Shown here: positions 47,572-57,058 of the stretch, in pieces | Layout: each line of letters starts with the position of its first letter | Position numbering within the stretch: position 1 is the stretch's first letter | Origin: a bacterium | Lineage (GTDB): Bacteria > UBP15 > UBA6099 > JAJRTR01 | Assembly: GCA_024278215.1 (NCBI GenBank) | Contig: JAJRTR010000064.1 | Span: forward strand, 1-60,133 | Reading direction: 5' to 3' | DNA length: 60,133 bases | Program-made: the position numbers and the translations under genes | The notes under the pieces: generated by a model | What the model was told of the DNA's origin: nothing | Database searches by the model: none | Seen by the model: the letters and a program-made list of their open reading frames with translations, nothing else

Positions 47572-48555
47572 TCAGATCGACTGGCTGAAGTTGAAGAGTT
47601 TGCCTGCAATTTCGCGAAAATCGTCGCTCGCTTCGACAGTGTCCACCCATCGCCTGGGCAGCGACCATGTGCCGTTCCATGCGCCGGAGATGGCGCCTGC
47701 AACCGCGCCGGTTGTGTCTGTGTCGCCGCCGCCCATGACAGCGGAGATAACAGTTTCCTCGAAATTTTCAGGTGTTTTCAGGAAGCAGTAGACGGCGCTT
47801 GCTACTGTCTCGACGACATAGCCGCTTGTGCCGAGTGTCTGGAGTGCCGTGCCGCAGTGCAGATTCTCTTTTAATAATTGTTTCGCGCGTTTGAGATTGT
47901 CGGCGACCTTGCACGGGCCGATGAATTCGATGCAGCGGTCTATCAGCTCTGGTTTCGCTTCGACGAAATCGGGCTGTACGACACCTGTTGCGATAAAGAA
48001 ATTCACTGCCCTGCTGCCGGCAATCGCTTCAGGGTTATTGTGCGTGATGACGGCGTCGTTTTTTGAATCTTCACGGAGGAGATCGAGTTTTTTATGATCG
48101 AGAAGTCCGATGGGGGCGCAGCGCATGGCCGTGCCGTTGCCTGCTGCGTTCTCGCCGGTTTTGCCGCTTTCGCGCCAGTCGGAGCCTGCTTTAAGGCGCA
48201 GAATGGACTCGGCGGTGGCGCCGCCTATACCACGCAGGTCGCCCGAGTCGAACCAGCGCACATACCATTTCGCCGCTTCCCGCGCTGAAAACCTGCCTTC
48301 ATTTCTCTTTATGCTCATGGCGAGATGCAGTGCCATTTTTGTGTCGTCTGTCCACTGGCCCGCCTTCAGGCCGCGCCTTGTATCGGGCAGAAAATCCCTG
48401 ACCCTTCCGCCCAGTTTGCTCATGATCCATGTCGGCCGCCAGCCCTCGAACGGCATTCCAAGCGCGTCGCCTATCGCAAGACCCAGCAGGCATCCCTCGA
48501 ATTTGGAAGAATCCGCTTCCATTCGTCTGAACTCCTCTGAATATTCTTTCAACAT
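47572..48555 (-). CDS. ADP-ribosylglycohydrolase (DraG/ARH family)
   Basis: G.LLGLAIGDALG.P.E, GQWTDDT, GNG.AMR.APIG, TH, GGDTDT.GA.AGAI.GA. Start may be 48522. Confidence 0.92.
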   Translation of the reverse strand: MLKEYSEEFRRMEADSSKFEGCLLGLAIGDALGMPFEGWRPTWIMSKLGGRVRDFLPDTRRGLKAGQWTDDTKMALHLAMSIKRNEGRFSAREAAKWYVRWFDSGDLRGIGGATAESILRLKAGSDWRESGKTGENAAGNGTAMRCAPIGLLDHKKLDLLREDSKNDAVITHNNPEAIAGSRAVNFFIATGVVQPDFVEAKPELIDRCIEFIGPCKVADNLKRAKQLLKENLHCGTALQTLGTSGYVVETVASAVYCFLKTPENFEETVISAVMGGGDTDTTGAVAGAISGAWNGTWSLPRRWVDTVEASDDFREIAGKLFNFSQSI

Positions 48556-48756
48556 TGTTATAAACTATTGATTATAATTAGTCATTTTTGATATTGCACG
48601 TTTTCATATCAAAAATCAAAAGGAGCTTGTTTTCCCGCTATGGTGCCGGAGAATACATAGCGAAAAAAATGTTATCAGTTATAATGGTAATGCGTATTTG
48701 AAGTTTTTTTTATTATTGATAAGAGCCCGAACATATCCGACGAAGGTAGACATACT

Positions 48757-49830
48757 ATGAAAAATCATCTTAACACATGCACCATTTTACTTGTTTCAGC
48801 CGTGATTTTGGCAATGACATTCCTGCCGGTAATCCGAGCCGCCGCCGTTCAAGGCGCCTATGACAACACCCCCGACCCGAAAACACACCGCCTGTGTACG
48901 GAGGCGGCACATCCGGATAGCGCCGCCGACATAAAGAACATTCACTGCGCGCTCGAACTCGGCTGGTTCTCCGACATACCTCCCGACCCGGCCAAAGATA
49001 CTATTATTGTCGCCGCATACAACCTCGAGCGCGGACTCAAGCTCGACAACCAGATTCGCCTGTTCAAAAAGCATCCCGTGTTGAAACGAGCGGACGTTCT
49101 TCTTATCAGCGAATCAGACCGTGGCTGTCCGCGCACGAATTACCGCAATGTCAGCCGCGAACTTGCCGCCGCCATCGGCATGAATTATGTCTACGGCGTC
49201 GAGTTTATCGAACTGCCGGGAAATGCCGCTTCCGATAAAAACACGCGCAAAGCTCCCTGCGAACACGGCAACTCGATCATGAGCAGGTATCCGCTGTCGA
49301 ATGTACGCGAGATACGACACAGGAAATCGGCAAGCTGGTACATACCGCCGGAAAAAAGAGGTAAAGGAAGCCAGCCCCGGCTGGGCGGAAGGATGGCGAT
49401 TGCGGCAGATATCGTCATTGCCGGCCGGCCCGTGCGATTCTATGCCGTGCATTTTGAAAGCGGGTTTAACGATGACGACATCAGGGCCGACGAGGCGGCG
49501 GAACTCATAGAAGACGCAGCCGGTTTCGACGGTCCGGTCATCATCGGCGGCGATATGAATACCGACATGTATGTGCTCGACCTCCATAACTCGGGCGGCA
49601 AAGACCCCACCGTCAGGGAATTCTTAGCCGCCGGTTATGAAGACACTCATGCGGGCCTGTCCCTGAAGAAGCGCGGCACAACAAGAAATGAATATGGAGT
49701 GCGCGCTGTCATCGACCTCTTTTTCGTGCGCGGCGTGTCGGTCCTCAGCAGCGGAATTTGTCCCGGCAAACACTGCGATTCGCTAAGCGATCACCTGCCC
49801 ATATACACGGAATTGAAGTTGAAGAAATAA
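48757..49830 (+). CDS. secreted endonuclease/exonuclease/phosphatase-family hydrolase
   Basis: Signal peptide; YNLERG, E.D.G..RT, HGN.I.SR, HFES, GGDMNT, ID.FF, SDH.PI. Confidence 0.88.
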   Translation: MKNHLNTCTILLVSAVILAMTFLPVIRAAAVQGAYDNTPDPKTHRLCTEAAHPDSAADIKNIHCALELGWFSDIPPDPAKDTIIVAAYNLERGLKLDNQIRLFKKHPVLKRADVLLISESDRGCPRTNYRNVSRELAAAIGMNYVYGVEFIELPGNAASDKNTRKAPCEHGNSIMSRYPLSNVREIRHRKSASWYIPPEKRGKGSQPRLGGRMAIAADIVIAGRPVRFYAVHFESGFNDDDIRADEAAELIEDAAGFDGPVIIGGDMNTDMYVLDLHNSGGKDPTVREFLAAGYEDTHAGLSLKKRGTTRNEYGVRAVIDLFFVRGVSVLSSGICPGKHCDSLSDHLPIYTELKLKK

Positions 49831-49978
49831 ATAAATACTTAACGACTGAACGGAAACCTGCTCCTGTCGAAATATGCGTAAGGAAGGTATTCCCTGTAAT
49901 CAACAGCATCAAGTAAAGGGTCTGGAAAATAAGCCGCATTTTCGGTTTTAAGTGTCGCGGGTGCAGGCACGTGGGTTT

Positions 49979-51088
49979 CTACTTCTTATTGGCCCGCATT
50001 GGTGAAATATGCGGGTTAGCTCTTTTATAAATGTGGATTATCTTCTGGTAGAGTTTCACGAGAACGACGGTAGTTCTTCCCCATGAAAAATTGTCAAGCA
50101 GATGTTGTTTAAGTCCGGGGTCGGGCTCGGCGTCTTTGCAGTGCAGCACGGCGTCGAATATCGAGGCGATGTCTTCGGGATCGCAGTAGTTGACGCTGTT
50201 GCCGAGATAAGACCATGTCGAGCCGCGGCTGGTGGCGACGATGGGAAGTTCACAGAGTGCGGCGGTTATATAGGCCATGCCGGGCAGTTCGAAGCTGCTC
50301 GGAAGGGCAAAGAATTTTGCCGCTTTATATGCCGATTTCAGCATTGCCTGGTCGAGTTTGTCGATGAATGTTACTTTCTCATGTGCCATGTCTTTGCAGT
50401 GATCGACATATTCCAGGTCGCCGTCCATGGCACCGACGAGCACAAGTGGAATATCGAGGTCACGGGTTATGTCGATCAGCAGGTGCTGGTTCTTGCGGGG
50501 GCTCAACTGCCCGACGCACAGGCAGAATTCGTCGTCGCCGTACTTTTCACGAAACGGCCCGGGTTTGCCTACGCCGAGAAACAGGTCGATGCCGATAGGC
50601 AACTCGACTATGCGGCCCTTCTTTATATCGTAGTCGCGCCTGAGCTGGAGCGATTCGCATTTGCCGGACGATATCACCAGCGCGGCGTTTTCGAGTATGA
50701 ATTTCTGCTGACGCAACCTGTCGGACAGCATTTTTTTCTGATAATAAAATGTGGAAAGTTTTTCTTCTCTTACATCGGGTTTTTCTTTGCCGTTGGCTCT
50801 GTGGAGGCTTGCGAGATCGAAATGGATAGGGAACTCTTCGTTCCAGTACAGAGGAGTTGCAATTACAGGTTTTCCCAGCCTTGCAGCTATCCGGCTGACA
50901 GCGTGTGTGCGGTCTGAGAGTCCGAACAGATGCACGAGATCGTATTTCTTCAAATCCTGTACATCGTCGCCCAGCGTGTCTACCTTGACCCCGCTCTGCT
51001 TGAGATACTTCGCGAAGTACATCATGATATCGTACTCGTCGCGCGTACCGTCACCTTTATAAAATCCGTACTGCAGGCCAACCCTCAT
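49979..51088 (-). CDS. glycosyltransferase family 4 (GT-B)
   Basis: YDLVHLF, LCVG....RKNQ..L, FALPS.FE.PG......A. Confidence 0.85.
   Translation of the reverse strand: MRVGLQYGFYKGDGTRDEYDIMMYFAKYLKQSGVKVDTLGDDVQDLKKYDLVHLFGLSDRTHAVSRIAARLGKPVIATPLYWNEEFPIHFDLASLHRANGKEKPDVREEKLSTFYYQKKMLSDRLRQQKFILENAALVISSGKCESLQLRRDYDIKKGRIVELPIGIDLFLGVGKPGPFREKYGDDEFCLCVGQLSPRKNQHLLIDITRDLDIPLVLVGAMDGDLEYVDHCKDMAHEKVTFIDKLDQAMLKSAYKAAKFFALPSSFELPGMAYITAALCELPIVATSRGSTWSYLGNSVNYCDPEDIASIFDAVLHCKDAEPDPGLKQHLLDNFSWGRTTVVLVKLYQKIIHIYKRANPHISPMRANKK
49990..50018. repeat. 29-bp hairpin repeat (copy 2), within the last codons of the GT4 gene
   Basis: Identical to 8806-8834. Confidence 0.8.
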
Positions 51089-51155
51089 AATACGTTATAC
51101 TCTCCCCCAATAAAACATCATAAGAATAGCAGCATGAATTTCAAACTTCAATAAA

Positions 51156-51331
51156 GAGCCGCCTGTAAAAGTCTGTTCTATTGCGGTCGGTTGCATTTGT
51201 CCGGAGCCTTGTCGTCGCCGCAGAATCTTCCTCAACATACTCACGGGTATGCCTGTGGGGATGTTGCGCCTCCGCCTTGCTCCGATCAATTTCGCTTGCC
51301 CTCACCAAGAATATGCTTTTGCGATCGGCTC
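51156..51331 (+). mobile_element. ~176-bp ERIC/MITE-like element (diverged full copy)
   Basis: GAGCC...GGCTC termini; internal AATCTTCCTC..GCCTGTGGGGAT..CCTCCGCCTTGCT..CAATTTCGCT shared with the 11242 copy. Confidence 0.75.
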
Positions 51332-51414
51332 AAAATAGTGCCTGAACGCCCCCCCGAACCCCGATCACAACTGGTGACATGTCATACTTGTAAATGCGCA
51401 AAATGTGTAGACAA

Positions 51415-51506
51415 GGGCGGGGGCACCGCATAAGCCTGAGCATATTTCTCGCGAAAACGGTTTGTACAGGCACAGGTTGAGGCGGGGTACGGTGCCCCCG
51501 CACTAC
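51415..51506 (+). repeat. diverged REPIN-like doublet
   Basis: GGGCGGGGGCACCG...spacer TGAGCATAT..GTTTGTAC..GTTGA...GGCGGGGTACGGTGCCCCCGCACTAC (reverse complement starts GTAG). Confidence 0.7.
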
Positions 51507-51621
51507 ACTTTCATCGTTTTTACGCTAACCCATCTTGCGCCTTTTCTTTATTGACAGGATGCTGTCGCATGTAATAGTGCGCTATTGTGCTGTATTACAC
51601 TGCGTTGGGGAGGGCAAACGG

Positions 51622-53640
51622 TTATAGAAATTTAAACTTATGGAGCTTGTGTGTGCTCATTTCAAAGATGTCAAAGCTCCTGTTTCCGTGGGGGATTATT
51701 CTCGACATCGAATGAAAACTACTTCTATACAAATTGTTGTTTTCACATGTATCAAATGTATTGAACACCGAAATCAACTCTCCGGTCAGGGCACTGAATA
51801 TCGCAACCATGTTGTGTCTCTGGTTTTGATCTGTCTTCGATTTCCATTCATCGAGTTTTGTACTAAATAATAAAGATATTATATATTCCGGCGACATTAT
51901 TTCATAATATCCTGCCCAGTATCCTGTTCCAAGACAAGCAAGCGGGAAGGTGCGTAAAACCACATGATCTTCGGAAAACACGATTATTGTCTGATCCGCC
52001 TGAAGAGCATAAAAACATTTCTTCTTGTCATCGTACAAGACATTTATAGGGCTGTCAAAAACCAGAGGATATTGACCGCCTAATAAACCATGACGTCCTG
52101 TATCCATGTCAATGATGAAAATCTTTCCGGTTGAAGGGTCCGGAATCAATAGGTTGTTTTTATATATTCCAGGTATAATGAAAATGTTTAAAGGATTTTC
52201 TTTACGGTTAATTCTCGCGAGTTCGCGTTTCGATGTGCCATCCATATCGTGATAATCTATGATTGTATCTGTTTGTGAAGCACTTGATCTTAGTGATATA
52301 ATGCCATCTTTCAGACATCTGATAAAAAACACCTGACTGTCAAATTTTGATGTAAATTCCTGATATGAATCTCCATAGCCTTTTATTATATCGCCATTGT
52401 TATAGAATACGCCGTAAAATCCACCATCCTCCTGTCTGTCTACCGCATATAGATCGTTGTTGTAAGGTATAATTGTTTCTGAATGTGCCAGTATTCGCAT
52501 TTTTCGCGTTGCAATTGTTCTGATAGAACTTTCGAGTTTGTTTTGCATCGTGAAAAACGTCTTGTGCGTGGAAAAAGTCTGTAGGCATTGTTCTATAACA
52601 GGTTCTACAACTTCGGAGTTTATCTCGACTGCCGCCATGGCACGTTTGAAAATGGTATGTCTGAAGGAACCCGGCATTTTGCTTTTGTATTCCGGAGGCC
52701 ATGCGTCGGGATGAACCGGGCAGCCGGTCGCGACACGGGCTATGAACTGAGCCTCCGTAAGTGGTTTTTGAGAATCGAATGTGTCCCTGTGCGTCATGCC
52801 GGGGCTTTTATCTCGAGCTTCTTTTATGTCGAGTTCAGATATCGAAACAACAGAGAATGAACAGGTTGTAAAATCCGTCATAATCATGTTACAGTCCGGT
52901 CCACGGCTCTCCCGGAATTCGGTACGTGCATTGTCCAATGTGAAACTCTTGAGCAGTTGCCCGTCAAGCCGGTAAAGGCAGGCGCCGGCCTTTTCCGTCG
53001 ACACGAGCAAGCAGCCTCCGCATGCGTAATGCACAGCATGGAATGCTCCTGTTTCGGGTGTCGGCTCAATGATGTTCTCAATGAAAAACAGACTGTCGAG
53101 AATTGCGATTTGCCCACTTGCCGTCTGGACAGCGAGGAACTCGCCTGTTGATATAATATACCCTGGATATTGCAGTTGTGTTCCATGCATCCCGAATGGA
53201 TGAACGACATATTCCAATGTATTTCGATCGTTGAAAATCACAAGGCTCTCATTTTCACGATCCGTAACGATCAGTGAATCATGAAAGAACGCGACGCCGT
53301 ACGGTTCGGTTAAGATTTCCTGTCGCGCTTCATCTTCGCCGAAAGTCTCAAGAAGCTTCAGGTCTGAAGCTCGAAATATCTGTATGCGCCTGTTCCACCT
53401 GTCTGTCACAAAAATACGCCCGTCCGGGCTCACGGCAGCGTCTGTGGGATATATAAATTGCCCGGATGCACTGCCGTATCCTCCGGCTGATGTGATGAAT
53501 TCTCCATCGGAGTCGCATTTAAATATCATATGCGCAGTTTCGTCAACGAGGATAAAACCGCCATCACCATTGGGCCGACATACCGCAGGCAATTTTATTT
53601 CGATATTATCCGGAGTGTTTTCTATATCAATTACTTTCAC
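51622..53640 (-). CDS. NHL-repeat / beta-propeller protein
   Basis: G.YGS..GQF.YPTD.AV..DGRIFVTD..N.RIQIF; visibly AT-richer than neighbouring genes. Confidence 0.75.
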   Translation of the reverse strand: MKVIDIENTPDNIEIKLPAVCRPNGDGGFILVDETAHMIFKCDSDGEFITSAGGYGSASGQFIYPTDAAVSPDGRIFVTDRWNRRIQIFRASDLKLLETFGEDEARQEILTEPYGVAFFHDSLIVTDRENESLVIFNDRNTLEYVVHPFGMHGTQLQYPGYIISTGEFLAVQTASGQIAILDSLFFIENIIEPTPETGAFHAVHYACGGCLLVSTEKAGACLYRLDGQLLKSFTLDNARTEFRESRGPDCNMIMTDFTTCSFSVVSISELDIKEARDKSPGMTHRDTFDSQKPLTEAQFIARVATGCPVHPDAWPPEYKSKMPGSFRHTIFKRAMAAVEINSEVVEPVIEQCLQTFSTHKTFFTMQNKLESSIRTIATRKMRILAHSETIIPYNNDLYAVDRQEDGGFYGVFYNNGDIIKGYGDSYQEFTSKFDSQVFFIRCLKDGIISLRSSASQTDTIIDYHDMDGTSKRELARINRKENPLNIFIIPGIYKNNLLIPDPSTGKIFIIDMDTGRHGLLGGQYPLVFDSPINVLYDDKKKCFYALQADQTIIVFSEDHVVLRTFPLACLGTGYWAGYYEIMSPEYIISLLFSTKLDEWKSKTDQNQRHNMVAIFSALTGELISVFNTFDTCENNNLYRSSFHSMSRIIPHGNRSFDIFEMSTHKLHKFKFL

Positions 53641-53786
53641 TTATTTATCCGATCTCTTCAGGTGGGTATGTACTTGACTCAACCAGGCCCAACACATAGT
53701 CCTTACTGTGATGGACTATGATAGAAGACTACTATATCTTATATCAGGGTGTTTATGTACATACCCTCATTTAAGATTATTAACAG

Positions 53787-54149
53787 AACTTTGTGCGTTT
53801 TTGAAACATGTGCAGAATTTCAAGGGGGGACACGAACCGGAATTATAGCATTTATTATTTTGAATTGCATACGTATAGTTACGATTATCATGTACAAGGG
53901 AAAGAACACTTTATTGTCGTATCAACGATGAAAAGACGTAAGAAAATAATTTAGTGGAAGGAACAGAACAAGGGCGCGGTCACCGCAGCGCGCCCCAACT
54001 TTTGGTCGTACAAACAGTTATGCGTAATATATGCACAGGCGCGGTACGGTGACCGCGCCCTCAAAATGTCGATACAAAGTTGACACAACACTATGTTGTT
54101 TCACAATTTCATATAGGAAATTCTGCGCATGTTTCAAAACGCACAAGTT
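53787..54149. mobile_element. ~363-bp MITE-like unit with ~33-35-bp terminal inverted repeats enclosing a REPIN doublet
   Basis: AACTTTGTGCGTTTTTGAAACATGTGCAGAATTTC (53787-53821) vs GAAATTCTGCGCATGTTTCAAAACGCACAAGTT (54117-54149); REPs at 53972-53994 and 54038-54060. Confidence 0.7.
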
Positions 54150-55467
54150 AAATGTGGAAATCGAGTTTGAAGACGCGGATTGTGTCGAAGTGGCTGACAA
54201 TGCGTTCGAGGTAGTTGAAGAGAATGCCCTTTTCCGTGCGGTCGATTGTGGCCTGCTGGAGGGCTTTGTCGATGAGTCCGACTGCGTTGCGGAAGTCTTC
54301 CTCGGTATCGAGACCAAGGTTGCGCAGACCGAGTTTGTCGGTGCTGTAGTCGGGAAAACGGATGGTGACGGAGTCGCCGGGGTCAGGTCCTATGTGTACG
54401 TAGCGATCGTTGGTCGTGTAAATTCTGGCACCTTTTTCGACCATCCTTTTTGTGATGGCGGCGGCGAGTTCTTCGAGAACATCGGGCATGGCGTGTTGCG
54501 CGAAGTTTATGTGCCTGCCGCCTGTGCCCGCGGCAATCTCCTCGTAGACGGGGAACGGCAGTTTTGTGTAGCGGTTGTTGACGCAGAGGGCGAAGAGGGT
54601 GGCGCCGGCATCGTTCAGCGCGGCGATTATTTCGGTGCGCATATTGCCATAGTCGTCGTGTGCTTCGCTGTCTGTGAACATGACGATCATTTTGGCGGCA
54701 TCGGGGCGGAAGGGCTGTTCATCGAGCGCGTTGCGGATGGCGGTCAGAGCGTTTTTTGTCTGGCCGCTGAAGTAGATAGCTTCCAGGTCGTCGGCGAAAT
54801 CGCCGGCGGATTCTCTAAGAGGCCCCGACGGCTGTGAGGTGCGCTCGAACTGCTGGACCCCGAACATCGGGATGATGCCGCGGTCGCGCAGATCGTTATA
54901 CAGCAGATGCGCGTTGTGTGCCAGAATGCGCACGTCTCTTCGCATCCACCTGTTGCGGTCGATGACAAAAATCACATCGGCCCTGTTGTGTTCGTGCGTC
55001 GCGCCGGGGAACGGAGCAATGCGCTTGTAGGAAGTGAGCAGGGGTATCGACCTGTGTTTCGATGTTGCGACAATCTGGTCGATGTTGCTGATGAGCGCTT
55101 CAATTTCTCCCTTTATCGCATTCCTTTCGGCGGGCATGATCTGTAGCAGGTCTATGCCGTAGTGCATCCTGATGAGCAGGTGGATGATGTCGTTGAGCGC
55201 GCCCTCGCGTGTTTTGAACAGGTCGATTTCTTCGTAGACATTCGACAGCACATCTTCCGCCGCGCCGATTTCTTCCCGCAGGCCGTCAAGGTGCGCGCGG
55301 CTTAGCTGCACATGCGTGGGCAGTTTTTCCACCTGATATATAAGCTGCTGTTCGATGTCTTCCGTGCGTTTGCCGCGCGTCTTGCGTTTGACGACTTTGC
55401 GCAGTACATCGGGGTTCAGCATTACCGCCGGGAGCGGGCCGGATGTCTGCCACTGTGATGATTCCAT
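54148..55467 (-). CDS. flagellin-like (D1) protein with inserted vWA domain
   Basis: aa ~62-144 and ~356-427 resemble the flagellin N- and C-terminal D1 helices; centre has DVIFVID...FTD.EAH...IAAGTGG (vWA). Confidence 0.7.
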   Translation of the reverse strand: MESSQWQTSGPLPAVMLNPDVLRKVVKRKTRGKRTEDIEQQLIYQVEKLPTHVQLSRAHLDGLREEIGAAEDVLSNVYEEIDLFKTREGALNDIIHLLIRMHYGIDLLQIMPAERNAIKGEIEALISNIDQIVATSKHRSIPLLTSYKRIAPFPGATHEHNRADVIFVIDRNRWMRRDVRILAHNAHLLYNDLRDRGIIPMFGVQQFERTSQPSGPLRESAGDFADDLEAIYFSGQTKNALTAIRNALDEQPFRPDAAKMIVMFTDSEAHDDYGNMRTEIIAALNDAGATLFALCVNNRYTKLPFPVYEEIAAGTGGRHINFAQHAMPDVLEELAAAITKRMVEKGARIYTTNDRYVHIGPDPGDSVTIRFPDYSTDKLGLRNLGLDTEEDFRNAVGLIDKALQQATIDRTEKGILFNYLERIVSHFDTIRVFKLDFHI

Positions 55468-55501
55468 GAATACATTCTAACTTAAAAATGAGTTTTTAGT
55501 A

Positions 55502-55679
55502 GAGGCAATTGCAAAATAATGTTCGAAGCGAGGTCGAACGAAATTGATCAAAAGCAAGGCGGATGTGCAAAATTCCCGCAGGCGTACTTATATAGTAGGC
55601 TGAGGAAAATTTTGCGCCGACAACGCAGCTATTGACAATTGCAGCCGACCATAGCCGAATCAGAATTTGCAATCGCCTC
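55502..55679 (-). mobile_element. 178-bp ERIC/MITE-like element (full copy, opposite orientation to 11242)
   Basis: GAGGCAATTGCAAAAT...AATTTGCAATCGCCTC; reverse complement aligns along 11242-11419. Confidence 0.8.
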
Positions 55680-55751
55680 ATTAACATACAAATAGAAATT
55701 TTACGCGAAACGGCAAAGGATTAAACACAGATATTTGGAGATACAGAGCAA

Positions 55752-56954
55752 TCACAAAGCACTGATATTGGTGATGCCGATGGGGTTGGGCATAAAAGAG
55801 AGGAAGAAAATAATGAGGCAGCAGATGCCGAGCGCATAAGACAACTTTGTCAGGGGTTCGTATTCGTTCATCGTTTTCGGGTAGCCGCGGCGAGTGATGA
55901 AAAAGCCGATAATCGCCCAGATCAGCCAGCCCGGCCAGGCGATGGAAGAGAGTATGCCGCCCGGGTTGCCGGGGCCGCTGTAGAGCATCGAAAACCCCGC
56001 GGCGCCCGCAACGAAAAGCACGGCGATGAGAACTTTATTGATAATCGAGTGTGCCCTGTCGCCAAGTAGCGCCCGCACGATGTGGCCGCCGTCGAGCTGG
56101 CCCATGGGAATCAGGTTGAGACTGGTCACAAACAGTCCCACCCATCCGGCGAACGTGAGAGGGTGCATGTACATCTCCTTGCCGGCAGGCACGTGCACAA
56201 GTATATCCGACAGCGCTTTGAACAGGATTGATTCGCCGAAGAACATTACCGTTCCGTCGCCGCCTGCGGTGAACATGGTTGTCGGAACAACCGGTGAAAG
56301 GTGGAGGCCGATGATGAGTATCGGTATTGTGACAAGAAAACCGATAATCGGCCCGCTCGCGCCCAGCGCCACAGCGGCGTTCCTGTCGGGTGTTGGAGAT
56401 TTTATGCGGATCACCGCCCCCATAGTTCCTATGATCGACGGGAAAGGTATAAAATATGGCGGTGTGGCATCGATACCGTTTTTCATCGAAGTTACTTTGT
56501 GTCCCATCTCATGCGAACCGAGTATCAGCATTATCGCGATGGAAAAACTTAACGCGCCATACCATGGATTCGACATCAGCCCTTTCTGCACCATCGCAAT
56601 TGAATAGCTGTAGCCGGCGGCTGTAGTCGAAAGGAAAGTGACGGCCAGCAGGAGCCATGCGATGACTGCTTCGCGGCGGCTTTCCCTGTCCTTCCTTGTC
56701 CTGGCTTGCAGGAGCACACAAATTTTCCTGCCGCCTCTCTGCTTCAGGTAGGGGTTGTAACCCAGCGACTGGAACTCGTGCGCGATAGTCTGGAAATCGC
56801 TTTTCATTCTTGTGTATGCGAAGCGGATTGTGTTTCCGGAAATAGTGAAACCCTCGACATCGAAGTACTCGTCGATAAGTCGGCGAACCATGAAGTAGCG
56901 TTCTATGTCCGGGGCCGGCACCCCGGCTGTTGTGTTTGTATACCTGTCGTCCAT
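55752..56954 (-). CDS. site-2 protease (peptidase M50)
   Basis: HEMGH, PYFIP...GTMGA.I, GP..G, HP..FAGWVG...T.LNLIP.GQLDGGH. Confidence 0.92.
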   Translation of the reverse strand: MDDRYTNTTAGVPAPDIERYFMVRRLIDEYFDVEGFTISGNTIRFAYTRMKSDFQTIAHEFQSLGYNPYLKQRGGRKICVLLQARTRKDRESRREAVIAWLLLAVTFLSTTAAGYSYSIAMVQKGLMSNPWYGALSFSIAIMLILGSHEMGHKVTSMKNGIDATPPYFIPFPSIIGTMGAVIRIKSPTPDRNAAVALGASGPIIGFLVTIPILIIGLHLSPVVPTTMFTAGGDGTVMFFGESILFKALSDILVHVPAGKEMYMHPLTFAGWVGLFVTSLNLIPMGQLDGGHIVRALLGDRAHSIINKVLIAVLFVAGAAGFSMLYSGPGNPGGILSSIAWPGWLIWAIIGFFITRRGYPKTMNEYEPLTKLSYALGICCLIIFFLSFMPNPIGITNISAL

Positions 56955-57058
56955 TCCAAATACATTATATTATCGACGCAGTGAAATAACCACATGTTTT
57001 TGCGGGTGCGCGGGGCATAAATACTTTATCTCGAAATCGCACTCAAGGGTCTGAACTG

